Assembly (NCBI GenBank): GCA_026126215.1
Contig: JAHCJQ010000002.1
Location: 16,261-80,260, forward strand
Source: Alphaproteobacteria bacterium
GTDB taxonomy: Bacteria > Pseudomonadota > Alphaproteobacteria > Ferrovibrionales > Ferrovibrionaceae
Reading direction: 5' to 3'
Length of the DNA stretch: 64,000 bases
Shown here piece after piece: positions 54,035-63,425 of this stretch. The first letter of the stretch is position 1; every line of letters starts with the position of its first letter. The notes beneath the pieces were generated by a model. That model did no database searches. It was not told the DNA's origin and worked only from the letters and a program-made list of their open reading frames with translations. Position numbers and translations under genes: made by a program.

Positions 54035-55948
54035 ATGACCGAGCGCGTTCAGCGAAAGCTGGTCGCCGTGCTCGCCGCCGATATCGCCGGCTACAGTCGG
54101 CTGATGGGGGCGGACGAGGAGGGGACCCTCGCGCGCCTCAAGACCCTGCGCCGTGTGGTGATCGATCCGATCCTGGGCGGCCATAGCGGTCGGCTGGTGA
54201 AGACCACCGGGGACGGACTTCTGGTTGAGTTTGCGAGCGTCGTCGACGCCGTGCAATGCGCCATCGCCCTGCAGAAAACCCTGAGCAGCCATGAAGGCGG
54301 GCGGCCGGAACTGGAACGGTTCCGTTTGCGGGTCGGCATCAATCTTGGCGATGTGATCATCGACGAGGACGACATCCACGGCGACGGAGTGAACGTCGCG
54401 GCGCGGCTGGAGGCATTGGCCGAACCGGGCGGCATCTGCATCAGCCGGTCGGTGCGCGATCACGTGCGCGACCGGATCGGCCTGCCACTCGATGATCTTG
54501 GCGAGGTCCAGGTGAAGAACATCGCGAGGCCGGTGCGTGCCTTCCGCATCCGGCTCGATGGCGGGGTACCCGCCGCCGCGCCGGGCGGGGCGGGGCGAAA
54601 TCGCCTGCACCCGGCGCTGCGGCTCGGCCTTGCCGGCGTGGTCGCGCTGCCGCTGCTCGGTGGGCTTGTCTGGCTTGCCGTTCCGCAATTCGCGGACAGG
54701 CCGATCACGGCGGCGGGGTCGGCGCTGTCCCAGAAGCGCCTCTCTGTTCTCGTTCTGCCATTCAGCAACCTCTCCGACGATCCCCAGCAGGGCTGGTTCG
54801 CCGACGGGATCACGGAGGACCTGATCACCGATCTCTCGCGCATCTCGGGCGCATTCGTCATCGCGCGCAATACGGCCTTCACCTTCAAGGACCGCGCTGT
54901 CGACGTGCGCGAGGCGGCGCGGGAGCTTGGCGTTCGCTACGTGCTCGAGGGGAGCGTCCGGCGCGTCGGCGAGAAGGTGCGCCTCAACGTGCAGCTCATC
55001 GATGCCCAGTCGGCGGCGCATGTCTGGGCGGAACGCTTCGATCGCGATCTCAAGGACATCTTCGCGCTGCAAACCGAGGTCACCGGGCGCATCGCGCGCA
55101 CGCTGAATCTCGAACTCCTGGAGGCCGAGACAAGGCGCGGCTCGGCGCGCGCCGCTGGCAACCTGGATGCGCACGACCTCGCCTTGCGGGCCTGGGTGAC
55201 CCTGCTCAACAAACCACAGACGGCCGCGACCAACCGGGAGGGCGAAGCCCTGGCGCGACAGGCGATCGCGCTGGATCCGGACTCGGCGCTTGCCTGGACG
55301 GCGCTGACTTACGTGCATACCAGGGCCGGCAGCTTCGGCTGGACGGCGTCGCGCGAGGCATCGCTACGCGAGGCCGTAGCTGCGGGGGAACGCGCGATCG
55401 CCCTGGACCCGAAGAGTTCGGATGCGATCTACATGCTGGGATATGCCCTTCGCACCAGTGGTCAGCATGAACGCTCGATGCAGGCCATGGAACAGGCGAT
55501 CGCGCTGAATCCGAACAACCCTCTACCCTATCACGGCCTCGCTTATAGCCGCATCCTGCTCGGCCGCGCCGAGGAAGCGCTACCTTTGCTCGAACACGCC
55601 TTCCGCCTTAGCCCGCGCGAGCCGCTGGCCGCCATCTGGCATTGGACTGCCGGTTATGCGCAGTTTCTGGCAGGCCAGGACGAAGCTGCCATTGCCTCGG
55701 CGCGAAAGGCCATGGCGGTCAATCCCGAGCATCCGAATTCGTGGTGGCTGCATGCCGCCGCCGCCGGCCAACTCGGGCGCATTGCCGAGGCAAGCGCGGC
55801 CGTCGAACGCTACCAGACCATGCCGGGGGCGGTGCGCTCGGCCGCAGCTTTGCGGGAGCGCATGCGCCTCGGCTCCGATAGCGAGGTCTACCTGCGCCAG
55901 CTCGACCGTCTGGTGGCGGGCCTCCGGCTTGCCGGCATGGCGGAATGA
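54035..55948 (+). CDS. Class III adenylate/guanylate cyclase fused to a membrane-anchored TolB-like/TPR region
   Basis: LVAVLAADIAGYSRLM, KTTGDGLLVEF and RVGINLGDV form the cyclase core, followed by a TM segment and C-terminal TPR repeats. Start at ATG 54035. Confidence 0.85.
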   Translation: MTERVQRKLVAVLAADIAGYSRLMGADEEGTLARLKTLRRVVIDPILGGHSGRLVKTTGDGLLVEFASVVDAVQCAIALQKTLSSHEGGRPELERFRLRVGINLGDVIIDEDDIHGDGVNVAARLEALAEPGGICISRSVRDHVRDRIGLPLDDLGEVQVKNIARPVRAFRIRLDGGVPAAAPGGAGRNRLHPALRLGLAGVVALPLLGGLVWLAVPQFADRPITAAGSALSQKRLSVLVLPFSNLSDDPQQGWFADGITEDLITDLSRISGAFVIARNTAFTFKDRAVDVREAARELGVRYVLEGSVRRVGEKVRLNVQLIDAQSAAHVWAERFDRDLKDIFALQTEVTGRIARTLNLELLEAETRRGSARAAGNLDAHDLALRAWVTLLNKPQTAATNREGEALARQAIALDPDSALAWTALTYVHTRAGSFGWTASREASLREAVAAGERAIALDPKSSDAIYMLGYALRTSGQHERSMQAMEQAIALNPNNPLPYHGLAYSRILLGRAEEALPLLEHAFRLSPREPLAAIWHWTAGYAQFLAGQDEAAIASARKAMAVNPEHPNSWWLHAAAAGQLGRIAEASAAVERYQTMPGAVRSAAALRERMRLGSDSEVYLRQLDRLVAGLRLAGMAE

Positions 55949-56026
55949 TGCTGCCTCCCGCCTAGGCCCGGCGGGCGGATGCCGCTATGCTCCCCGGCGG
56001 TCCTACGGGCGATGGGGAGGAAGCGG

Positions 56027-57661
56027 ATGGCGGGCGGTGCGCGCATGATGGGGCGTTTCGATTATGTGATTGTGGGAGCGGGATCGGCCGGCTGCGTGCT
56101 GGCCAACCGCCTGAGCGCCGATCCGGGGGTGCGCGTACTGATCCTCGAGGCGGGTGGTCGCGACACCTATCCGTGGATCCATATCCCGGTCGGCTACTTC
56201 AAGACCATGCACAATCCCCGCACCGACTGGTGCTTCGTGACCGAGGCCGAACCCGGCCTCGGCGGGCGCGCGATCAACTATCCGCGCGGCAAGACCCTGG
56301 GCGGCTGCTCATCGATCAACGGACATATCTACATGCGCGGCCAGGCGCGCGACTACGACCAGTGGCGCCAGCTCGGCAATGCGGGCTGGGGCTGGGAGGA
56401 CGTTCTGCCCTACTTCCGCAAGTCGGAGGATCAGGCGCGCGGCGCCGACGAGATGCATGGCGCGGGTGGGCCGCTCGCCGTCACCGAACAGCGCATCCGC
56501 TTGCCGGTGCTCGATCTTTTCGCCGATGCCGCGGAAGAAGCAGGCATTCCCCGCACGGACGACTTCAACAGGGGCAACAACGAGGGCGTCGGCTATTTCC
56601 AGGTGACGCAGAAACACGGCTTCCGCTGGAGCACGGCGCGCGCTTTCCTCAGTCCGGCCAAGAAGCGCCCGAACCTGACCCTGCTCACCGGCGCGCATGC
56701 GGCGCGCCTCGTGATCGAGGACGGGCGGGCGCGGGCGCTGGAATTCTGGCAGGGCGGCGAGCTTTGCCGGGCGGAGGCCGATGGCGAGATCCTGCTCGCC
56801 GCCGGCGCGATCGGCTCGCCGCATCTGCTGCAGGCATCGGGCATCGGCCCCGGCGCGCTCCTGCGTGCCCATGGCATCGAGGTGCGCCACGAGCTGCCGG
56901 GGGTCGGCGAGAACCTGCAGGACCATCTGCAGATCCGCCTTGTCTATCGGCTGCATGGCGTTCAGACGCTGAACGAGAAGATCAATTCCCCGATCGGGCG
57001 GATGATGATCGGCCTCGAGTATCTTCTGTTCCGCACCGGGCCGATGACCATGGGTGCGAGCCAGCTCGGCTGCTTCGCGCGCAGCGATCCGGACCGCGAA
57101 ACGCCCAACCTCGAGTACCATATCCAGCCGCTTTCCACCGACCGGCTGGGCGATCCGCTGCATCCTTTTCCGGCGCTCACCGCCTCGGTCTGCAATCTGC
57201 GACCCGAAAGCCGCGGCCATGTCCGGCTCAAGTCGGCCGACACAAGGACGCCGCCGGCGATCCAGCCCAACTACCTGTCGGCAGCGGAGGATCAGCGGGT
57301 GGCAGTGGACTCGATCCGGCTGACCCGGCGCATCCTGCTGGAGACCCGCGCCTTCGCTCCGCACCGGCCCGAAGAACTCAAGCCCGGCGCGGCGGCGCAG
57401 CGCGACGATGAACTGCTGGCGGCGGCGGCGGCGCTCGGCACCACGATATTTCACCCGGTCGGCACCTGCCGCATGGGGCGCGACCTGATGGCTGTGGTGG
57501 ACGAGCGGCTCCGGCTGCACGGAGTGGCGGGCCTGCGAGTCGTCGATGCCTCGGTGATGCCGACCATCACCTCGGGCAATACCAACGCGCCGACAATCAT
57601 GATCGCCGAGAAGGCGGCAGACATGATTCTTGAAGATCGGCGGCAGAACTTGGCAGCCTAA
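56027..57661 (+). CDS. GMC-family FAD oxidoreductase (choline/alcohol dehydrogenase-like)
   Basis: [32 protein letters not shown] and C-terminal [12 protein letters not shown] 56027 is preceded by GGAGGAAG. Confidence 0.9.
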   Translation: MAGGARMMGRFDYVIVGAGSAGCVLANRLSADPGVRVLILEAGGRDTYPWIHIPVGYFKTMHNPRTDWCFVTEAEPGLGGRAINYPRGKTLGGCSSINGHIYMRGQARDYDQWRQLGNAGWGWEDVLPYFRKSEDQARGADEMHGAGGPLAVTEQRIRLPVLDLFADAAEEAGIPRTDDFNRGNNEGVGYFQVTQKHGFRWSTARAFLSPAKKRPNLTLLTGAHAARLVIEDGRARALEFWQGGELCRAEADGEILLAAGAIGSPHLLQASGIGPGALLRAHGIEVRHELPGVGENLQDHLQIRLVYRLHGVQTLNEKINSPIGRMMIGLEYLLFRTGPMTMGASQLGCFARSDPDRETPNLEYHIQPLSTDRLGDPLHPFPALTASVCNLRPESRGHVRLKSADTRTPPAIQPNYLSAAEDQRVAVDSIRLTRRILLETRAFAPHRPEELKPGAAAQRDDELLAAAAALGTTIFHPVGTCRMGRDLMAVVDERLRLHGVAGLRVVDASVMPTITSGNTNAPTIMIAEKAADMILEDRRQNLAA

Positions 57662-57753
57662 TGTAGGCCGTTAGGCATACTGTGGCGATACAGTTTTGCA
57701 CTTTCGCAACTTTAAGTAATTGGATCATTTCGTGAATTTTCATTCGCGAACAT

Positions 57754-59310
57754 GTGACCACTAACAATTCTGGCCTTGGTTATCATCGTGCCTACGCCAT
57801 CGCCCTAGCGGCAATCACGATGGCTTTCTGGGGCAGGTCGGTGAAACTGAATATTGACGGCGCGTTGCCCAGCAGCCCAAGCCTCGCGGACCATGAGGCC
57901 GAGGTACTGGCCCAGCTCAACGAGGCGATGGCCGAGCGGCGGAGCCCTGGCCGGGCCCTGGTGCAGCCCTTTGCCGCCTTCGTTGTCTGTCTCGCGCTCT
58001 GGGAGCAGTCGACCCAACTCGCCCTGGTAACGATGGTGGCGACGGTCGTCGTGGTTGTCGGACTGAACCAGGTGGCGCTCTTCTTTTTCGCGCGCGACAA
58101 GGCGCGCCGGGAGCGGGCCGAATTCTGGCGCGCCTGGATGACTGGCGGGGTCGCCAGCATCGGTCTCGCCTGGGGCCTTGGCATATGGCTTGTCTATGTC
58201 TCCGGTCCCTCCGCCAACGATTTTGGCCTGATCGCCCTGGCGGCGGTGGTGGGCGTCGGCGGCATCGCCTATTGCGTGATTCCGTCGGCGGCGATCAGCT
58301 TCGTATGGCTGGCGCTGGCGCCTGTCTGGCTGCTGGCAGTCTACGAACTTGCCGCCGGCCATCAACTGACGGCGATCAAGGCGGCATGCATTCCCTTCTT
58401 CCCGATCTATGCCGCCATCATGACCAACTTCTCCCTGATGTGGGGCCGCGACCTGCGTCAGCTCATGCTCCGCCACCGGGAGGCGGTAACGGCGGAGGGG
58501 CGGCTGGAGCGGCAGGTCCAGGCCCGCACCCGCGATCTCGAGGCGCGCACCTACGAACTGCTGATGGAGCGGGACCGGGCGATCGCCGCGAGCCGCGCCA
58601 AGACGCAGTTTCTGGCCAGCATCAGCCACGAGTTCCGCACCCCGCTCAACTCGATCCTGGGCTTTGCCGAGACCATGCGCATGCGGCTGTTCGGCGACCT
58701 GGGCAATGCGCGCTACGAACAGTATGCGGAGGACATCTTCCAGAGCGGCCGCCAGTTGCAGGAGATTCTGGACGGGCTGGTGGCGCTGTCGCATATCGAA
58801 GGCGGCCGCTTCGTCGCCAAACGCGAGCCGGTCGATCTCGCGCGGGTGGTGGAGGACTGCCTCCGCGATCACTCCCAACTCGCCGACAGCCGGTCGGCGA
58901 GGGTCGATATCAGAATTGCCGAAGATGCGCGCATGCTGACCGCCGATACAAGGTCATTGCGCCTGATCGTCGGCAACCTGCTCTCGAACGCCCTCCGTTT
59001 CGGCGGCGAGCGGGGCGACGTGCAGATCGCCACCCGGCTCGAGGTCGGCGAAACGGTCTGCATTTACGTGGTCGATCGCGGCGCCGGCATGAGCGAGGAG
59101 CAGATCTCGCTGGCGCTCGAACCCTATCAGCAGATCGACAACCTTCTGGCACGCCGGCGCAAGGGGGCGGGCCTCGGCCTGCCCATCGTGCGCGCCCTCG
59201 TCGACCTGCATGGCGGACGTTTCAGCATCGACAGCGCGCCGGGGCGGGGCACAAGGGTTGAAGTGCGGCTGCCGCGCGAACCTCTCCAGCCGGCGCGGAA
59301 CGCGGCGTAA
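57754..59310 (+). CDS. Sensor histidine kinase with ~6-7 N-terminal TM helices; no adjacent response regulator
   Basis: H-box FLASISHEFRTPLNSILGF; HATPase_c region VVDRGAGM...GAGLGLPIV. GTG start in an AT-rich leader. Confidence 0.85.
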   Translation: MTTNNSGLGYHRAYAIALAAITMAFWGRSVKLNIDGALPSSPSLADHEAEVLAQLNEAMAERRSPGRALVQPFAAFVVCLALWEQSTQLALVTMVATVVVVVGLNQVALFFFARDKARRERAEFWRAWMTGGVASIGLAWGLGIWLVYVSGPSANDFGLIALAAVVGVGGIAYCVIPSAAISFVWLALAPVWLLAVYELAAGHQLTAIKAACIPFFPIYAAIMTNFSLMWGRDLRQLMLRHREAVTAEGRLERQVQARTRDLEARTYELLMERDRAIAASRAKTQFLASISHEFRTPLNSILGFAETMRMRLFGDLGNARYEQYAEDIFQSGRQLQEILDGLVALSHIEGGRFVAKREPVDLARVVEDCLRDHSQLADSRSARVDIRIAEDARMLTADTRSLRLIVGNLLSNALRFGGERGDVQIATRLEVGETVCIYVVDRGAGMSEEQISLALEPYQQIDNLLARRRKGAGLGLPIVRALVDLHGGRFSIDSAPGRGTRVEVRLPREPLQPARNAA

Positions 59311-59314
59311 ACAT

Positions 59315-59343
59315 GAAAACGGCGGAACCCGGAAGGTTCCGCC
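59315..59343 (-). terminator. Intrinsic terminator downstream of the PEP-CTERM gene (placed between convergent genes)
   Basis: GGCGGAACC-CGGAA-GGTTCCGCC is a perfect 9-bp stem. On the minus-strand transcript it is followed by GUUUUCAUGU. Confidence 0.7.
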
Positions 59344-59376
59344 GCCTCACGCTTCGGGAGCTTGCGGGTGGTCGGC

Positions 59377-59937
59377 TCAGGCCGCCTTGCGGCGACGCAG
59401 CGCGGCAAGGCCAAGCAGGCCGCCGCCCAGCAGCAGGAGCGCCGCCGGCTCCGGCACATTCTGGTCCGGACGCTCGGCGAAGCCGGTCAGGGTCGAACTG
59501 GAGAACACCACGTTCGAGGCCAGACCGCTGCCCTGCTGGATGACCTTGATGCGAACGCCAAGCAGGCCGTCCGCCTGGAGCGAGGCGATCAGGTTGAAGG
59601 TGGCGAGGCCAAAATTGAAGGTTTCGCCGGCATTGCTCACGTTGCCGGACAGGGCGATGAAGGATCCGAGGTCAAAACTGATCTGCGTCGATTCCGAACC
59701 GCCGATGTCCTGCAGCACGATCGCCAGGTTGCCGCCGCCGATGATGTCGGTGGCGATGTTGATGCTGTCGTTGATGTCGTGCGTGAAGGAATGCGTATCC
59801 GTGCCGCCGACGGTGAGGGTTACCGGTCCCATCACGACATCGGTGAAGGGAATGATCGCCGCCTGTGCGCCGCCGGCGAGGCCGAAAGCCAGCACCGCCG
59901 CGCCTGCCGCCGCCTTGATATTCCTGGTAATGGACAT
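59377..59937 (-). CDS. Secreted PEP-CTERM sorting-domain protein (186 aa)
   Basis: Signal peptide ending AGGAQA. C-terminal VPEPAALLLLGGGLLGLAALRRRKAA shows the PEP motif, a TM helix and a basic tail. Confidence 0.8.
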   Translation of the reverse strand: MSITRNIKAAAGAAVLAFGLAGGAQAAIIPFTDVVMGPVTLTVGGTDTHSFTHDINDSINIATDIIGGGNLAIVLQDIGGSESTQISFDLGSFIALSGNVSNAGETFNFGLATFNLIASLQADGLLGVRIKVIQQGSGLASNVVFSSSTLTGFAERPDQNVPEPAALLLLGGGLLGLAALRRRKAA

Positions 59938-59986
59938 CTGATTTCACCCTTTGCTGCCGAGGCAGCCTGTTGCCTGTGGCGACCGA

Positions 59987-60002
59987 TGCAGCTCTCGTGC
60001 CA
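59987..60002 (-). promoter_or_regulatory. Sigma-54 (-24/-12) promoter for the PEP-CTERM gene
   Basis: The minus strand reads TGGCACG-AGAG-CTGCA, against the consensus TGGCACG-N4-TTGCW. That is 15/16 positions with exact GG/GC spacing, about 50 nt upstream of the ATG. Confidence 0.6.
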
Positions 60003-60054
60003 GGGCAGCACATCGTTATAGTGCATGTAATATCAATGAGTTAGTCTGGGAAGA

Positions 60055-60067
60055 GGTTAACTTAACC
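60055..60067. promoter_or_regulatory. Perfect palindrome GGTTAA-C-TTAACC, candidate enhancer-binding-protein site (UAS)
   Basis: 13-nt palindrome in an AT-rich stretch, roughly 55-65 nt upstream of the -24 element. The distance is compatible with bEBP sites. Confidence 0.3.
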
Positions 60068-60135
60068 ATACGAAAAATTACGCAGTGATAAAAAGTTCAG
60101 ACGCGCTGTCAGATAGCTTTACAGTCAACCGAAGC

Positions 60136-60160
60136 AAAAAGGCCGCCCCGATGGGCGGCC
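60136..60160 (-). terminator. Rho-independent terminator of bdhA
   Basis: GGCCGCCC-CGAT-GGGCGGCC stem. On the minus-strand transcript it is followed by UUUUUGCUUCGG, 37 nt after the stop codon. Confidence 0.8.
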
Positions 60161-60196
60161 TTCCGCTTTCTGGCGGAATTGCTCAAGCGATGCGTT

Positions 60197-60982
60197 TCAG
60201 CGCGCCGTCCAGCCGCCATCGACCGGGATGGCGACGCCGGTCAGTTGCGCGGCATCGTCGCTCGCCAGGAAGACGGCGAGCCCGCCAAGCTGCTCGGTCG
60301 TTACGAACTGCTTCGAGGGCTGCTTCTCGCTCAGCAGGTCGACCACCGCCTCTTCGTAGGGGATGTTCTTTTCCTTGGCGATGGCCTCGATCTGCTTCTC
60401 GACCAGCGGGGTGCGCACCCAGCCGGGGCAGATCGAATTGCAGGTGATGCCATGCTCGCAATATTCCAGCGCCACCACCTTCGAAAAGCCGATCAGTCCG
60501 TGCTTGGCCGCGGTGTAGGCAGACTTCTTGGTCGAGCCGATCAGGCCGTGCACTGAGGCGATATTGATGATGCGGCCCCATTTGCGGTCCTTCATGCCCG
60601 GCAGGACCCGCCGCGTCAGGTCGAAAATCGAGCTGAGATTGACCTCCAGCACCTCGTTCCATTTGTCGAGCGGGAATTCGGCCACCTTGGAGACATACTG
60701 GATGCCCGCATTGTTGATCAGCACGTCGACCTTGCCGAAGGCGCGGACGGTTTCGTCCACCAGCCGGCCGCGATCGGCCTCCTTGGTCATGTCGGCCGAG
60801 CAGTAAGCGAGCCTGGCGCCGGTCTCGGCCTTGATCTCGTTCAACAGCTTTTCGGCTTCCGCTGGCTGGCGCGAGCCGTTCAGCATGACGTCCGCCCCCG
60901 CTGCCGCCATGCGCCGGGCGATCCCGAGGCCGATGCCGCTGGTCGAGCCGGTGACGATCGCCGATTTGCCTTTGAGAATCAT
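60197..60982 (-). CDS. bdhA: 3-hydroxybutyrate dehydrogenase (SDR family)
   Basis: MILKGKSAIVTGSTSGIGLGIA, NNAGIQ and YTAAKHG (YxxxK), with C-terminal PVDGGWTAR. Start at ATG 60982. Confidence 0.9.
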   Translation of the reverse strand: MILKGKSAIVTGSTSGIGLGIARRMAAAGADVMLNGSRQPAEAEKLLNEIKAETGARLAYCSADMTKEADRGRLVDETVRAFGKVDVLINNAGIQYVSKVAEFPLDKWNEVLEVNLSSIFDLTRRVLPGMKDRKWGRIINIASVHGLIGSTKKSAYTAAKHGLIGFSKVVALEYCEHGITCNSICPGWVRTPLVEKQIEAIAKEKNIPYEEAVVDLLSEKQPSKQFVTTEQLGGLAVFLASDDAAQLTGVAIPVDGGWTAR

Positions 60983-61109
60983 CTGAACCCCCTCTACCGA
61001 CATCCCCCCGATGGGACTTGTCGAACCGCTAGGAACTTGCCCCAATGCCGGGCGAGCGTCCAGCCTGACGCGATGACAAGCCCGTGAATCACATGCCACC
61101 GGGGGTGGT

Positions 61110-62288
61110 TCAGCGGGATAGCTCCCGCATTGCCCGCTCCAGCCCGCCCAGGGTCAGGGGATACATCCGGTCGGTCATGAGCTGGCGAATGACCTGGATC
61201 GAGGGAGTGTGCTCCCAATATTTCTCGGGCACCGGGTTGAGCCAGGCGACCTTCGGGTAGATCGCGGTCACCCGCTGGAGCCAGGCCTGGCCCGCCTCCT
61301 CGTTCCAGTGCTCGACGCTGCCGCCGGGATAGACGATCTCGTAAGGGCTCATGGTCGCGTCGCCGACGAAGATGACCTTGTAATCATGCCCGTATTTATG
61401 GAGCACGTCCCAGGTCGGCAGGAACTCCGAGTGCCGGCGGCGATTGTCCTTCCACAGCTTCTCGTAGAGACAGTTGTGGAAATAGAAGAACTCCATGTGC
61501 TTGAACTCGCTCCGCGCCGCGGAGAACAGCTCCTCGCACACGCGGATATGGTCGTCCATCGAGCCGCCGATGTCGAACAGCAGCAGCACCTTCACCTTGT
61601 TGCGGCGTTCCGGCACCATTTTCAGGTCCAGGTAGCCGGCGTTGTTGGCGGTCGAGCGGATCGTGTCCGGCAGATCCAGTTCCAGTTCGGCGCCGTCGCG
61701 CGCGAACTGGCGCAGCCGGCGCAGCGCCACCTTGATGTTGCGCGTGCCGATCTCCACCGTGTCGTCGAGATTGCGGTATTCCCGTTTGTCCCAGACCTTG
61801 ACGGCCCGGCGGTTGCGTGACTTGTCCTGGCCGATGCGCACCCCTTCCGGATTGTAGCCATAGGCGCCGAAAGGGGAGGTGCCGGCAGTGCCGATCCATT
61901 TCGATCCGCCCTGGTGGCGGCTCTTCTGCTCCTCCAGACGCTTTTTCAGCGTCTCCATGAGCTTTTCCCAGCCGCCGAGCGCCTCGATCATCTTCTTCTC
62001 GTCCTCGGTCAGCACCTTTTCGGCCAGCTTGCGCAACCACTCTTCCGGGATCTCGGCGGTGGTTTCCTCGGAAAGGAACTCCAGTCCGTTGAAGCACTTG
62101 CCGAAGACCCGGTCGAACTTGTCCAGATTGCGTTCGTCCTTCACCAGGCAGGCGCGGGAGAGGAAGTAGAAATCCTCGACCCTGTGGTCCGCGACACCCT
62201 CGCGCATGGCCTCGAGCAGGGTCAGGTACTCGCGCAGGGAAGCCGGGACCTTGGCCTGCCGCAGTTCGAGGAAGAAGTTGATGAACAT
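61110..62288 (-). CDS. VWA-domain protein (CoxE-like), partner of the MoxR-type ATPase
   Basis: MFINFFLELRQAKVPASLREYLTLLEAM..., with a C-terminal VWA core VLLLFDIGGSMD. It lies 22 nt downstream of the ATPase gene. Confidence 0.8.
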   Translation of the reverse strand: MFINFFLELRQAKVPASLREYLTLLEAMREGVADHRVEDFYFLSRACLVKDERNLDKFDRVFGKCFNGLEFLSEETTAEIPEEWLRKLAEKVLTEDEKKMIEALGGWEKLMETLKKRLEEQKSRHQGGSKWIGTAGTSPFGAYGYNPEGVRIGQDKSRNRRAVKVWDKREYRNLDDTVEIGTRNIKVALRRLRQFARDGAELELDLPDTIRSTANNAGYLDLKMVPERRNKVKVLLLFDIGGSMDDHIRVCEELFSAARSEFKHMEFFYFHNCLYEKLWKDNRRRHSEFLPTWDVLHKYGHDYKVIFVGDATMSPYEIVYPGGSVEHWNEEAGQAWLQRVTAIYPKVAWLNPVPEKYWEHTPSIQVIRQLMTDRMYPLTLGGLERAMRELSR

Positions 62289-62310
62289 CGCCTTCGGTCC
62301 CGCCGGCCTG

Positions 62311-63162
62311 TCAGTTCCCGCCGCGCTCGCGCCGGGCGATGAAGGCCAGCCGCTCGAACAGATGCACGTCCTGCTCGTTCTTGAGCAGCGCGCCGTGCAG
62401 GGGCGGAATAAGCTGCTTCGGATCCCGCGTGCGCAGGGTATCGGCCGGCAGGTCCTCGGCCATGAGCAGCTTCAGCCAGTCGAGCAGTTCCGATGTCGAG
62501 GGCTTCTTTTTGAGGCCCGGCGTCTCCCGGATGTCGTAGAAGATGTTGAGCGCCTCCCGCACCAGTTCCTTCTGGATGCCGGGGAAATGCACGTCGACAA
62601 TCTGTTGCATCGTCTCGCGATCGGGGAAGCGGATGTAGTGGAAGAAGCACCGGCGCAGGAACGCATCCGGCAGTTCCTTCTCGTTGTTGGAGGTGATGAT
62701 CACCACCGGCCGGTTGACCGCGCGAACCGTCTCGCGGGTCTCGTAAACGTAGAATTCCATCCGGTCCAGTTCGAGCAGCAGGTCGTTCGGGAACTCGATA
62801 TCCGCCTTGTCCACCTCGTCGATCAGCAGGACCGGGCGTTCGGGCGCGGTGAAGGCTTCCCACAGTTTGCCCTTGTGAATGTAGTTCCGTACGTCCTGGA
62901 CCCGCGCGTCGCCGAGCTGGCTGTCGCGCAGGCGGGAGACGGCGTCGTATTCATAGAGGCCCTGCTGCGCCTTGGTGGTCGACTTGATGTGCCAGGTGAT
63001 GAGCGGCCGGCTGATTGCCTTGGCGATCTCGTGGGCCAGAACGGTCTTGCCGGTGCCCGGCTCCCCCTTCACCAGGAGGGGACGTTCCAGGGTTATGGCG
63101 GCATTCACCGCCACGTTAAGATCCTCGGTGGCGACGTAACTGTCGGTTCCAGAAAATTTCAT
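62311..63162 (-). CDS. MoxR-like AAA+ ATPase
   Basis: Walker A GEPGTGKT, Walker B LLIDEVDKA and sensor region VIITSNNEKELPDAFLRRC. Start at ATG 63162 (MKFSGTDSY). Confidence 0.85.
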   Translation of the reverse strand: MKFSGTDSYVATEDLNVAVNAAITLERPLLVKGEPGTGKTVLAHEIAKAISRPLITWHIKSTTKAQQGLYEYDAVSRLRDSQLGDARVQDVRNYIHKGKLWEAFTAPERPVLLIDEVDKADIEFPNDLLLELDRMEFYVYETRETVRAVNRPVVIITSNNEKELPDAFLRRCFFHYIRFPDRETMQQIVDVHFPGIQKELVREALNIFYDIRETPGLKKKPSTSELLDWLKLLMAEDLPADTLRTRDPKQLIPPLHGALLKNEQDVHLFERLAFIARRERGGN

Positions 63163-63425
63163 GCAACGGTTCCCGGACATTTGGCTTGCGATGGCTGCGG
63201 GGAAGGTATTAGCGGCTGCCGCCGCTGGCAAGTGCCGCCGCCGCAGGGCTGCCGTTCGCCTGGAGTGGGCGAGGGGCGAGGACCCGCCGCCCGCCGCCCG
63301 CCCTTTCGCTCGCTCGCCTTCCGGCCTAGGTAGATATTCTGCTCGTGACAAGCGGAGGGGTTAAATCTAGTTTCTCGGCTATCTGCCGGGGGGAGGTTCC
63401 GGCGACCAAGATGGGAGCATGTATT

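Noticed and set aside
57676-57700. Possible terminator after the GMC oxidoreductase gene (ACTGTGGCGATACAGTTTT).
   Set aside because: Only a 4-5 bp stem can form, which is too weak to call.
63163-63425. GC-rich GCCGCC-repeat stretch and 67-aa ORF upstream of the family-5 binding-protein gene; also a TGGCAAG motif checked as a possible sigma-54 promoter.
   Set aside because: The ORF is Ala/Arg-rich with no ribosome-binding site. The TGGCAAG is not followed by a TTGC-type -12 element at the right spacing.
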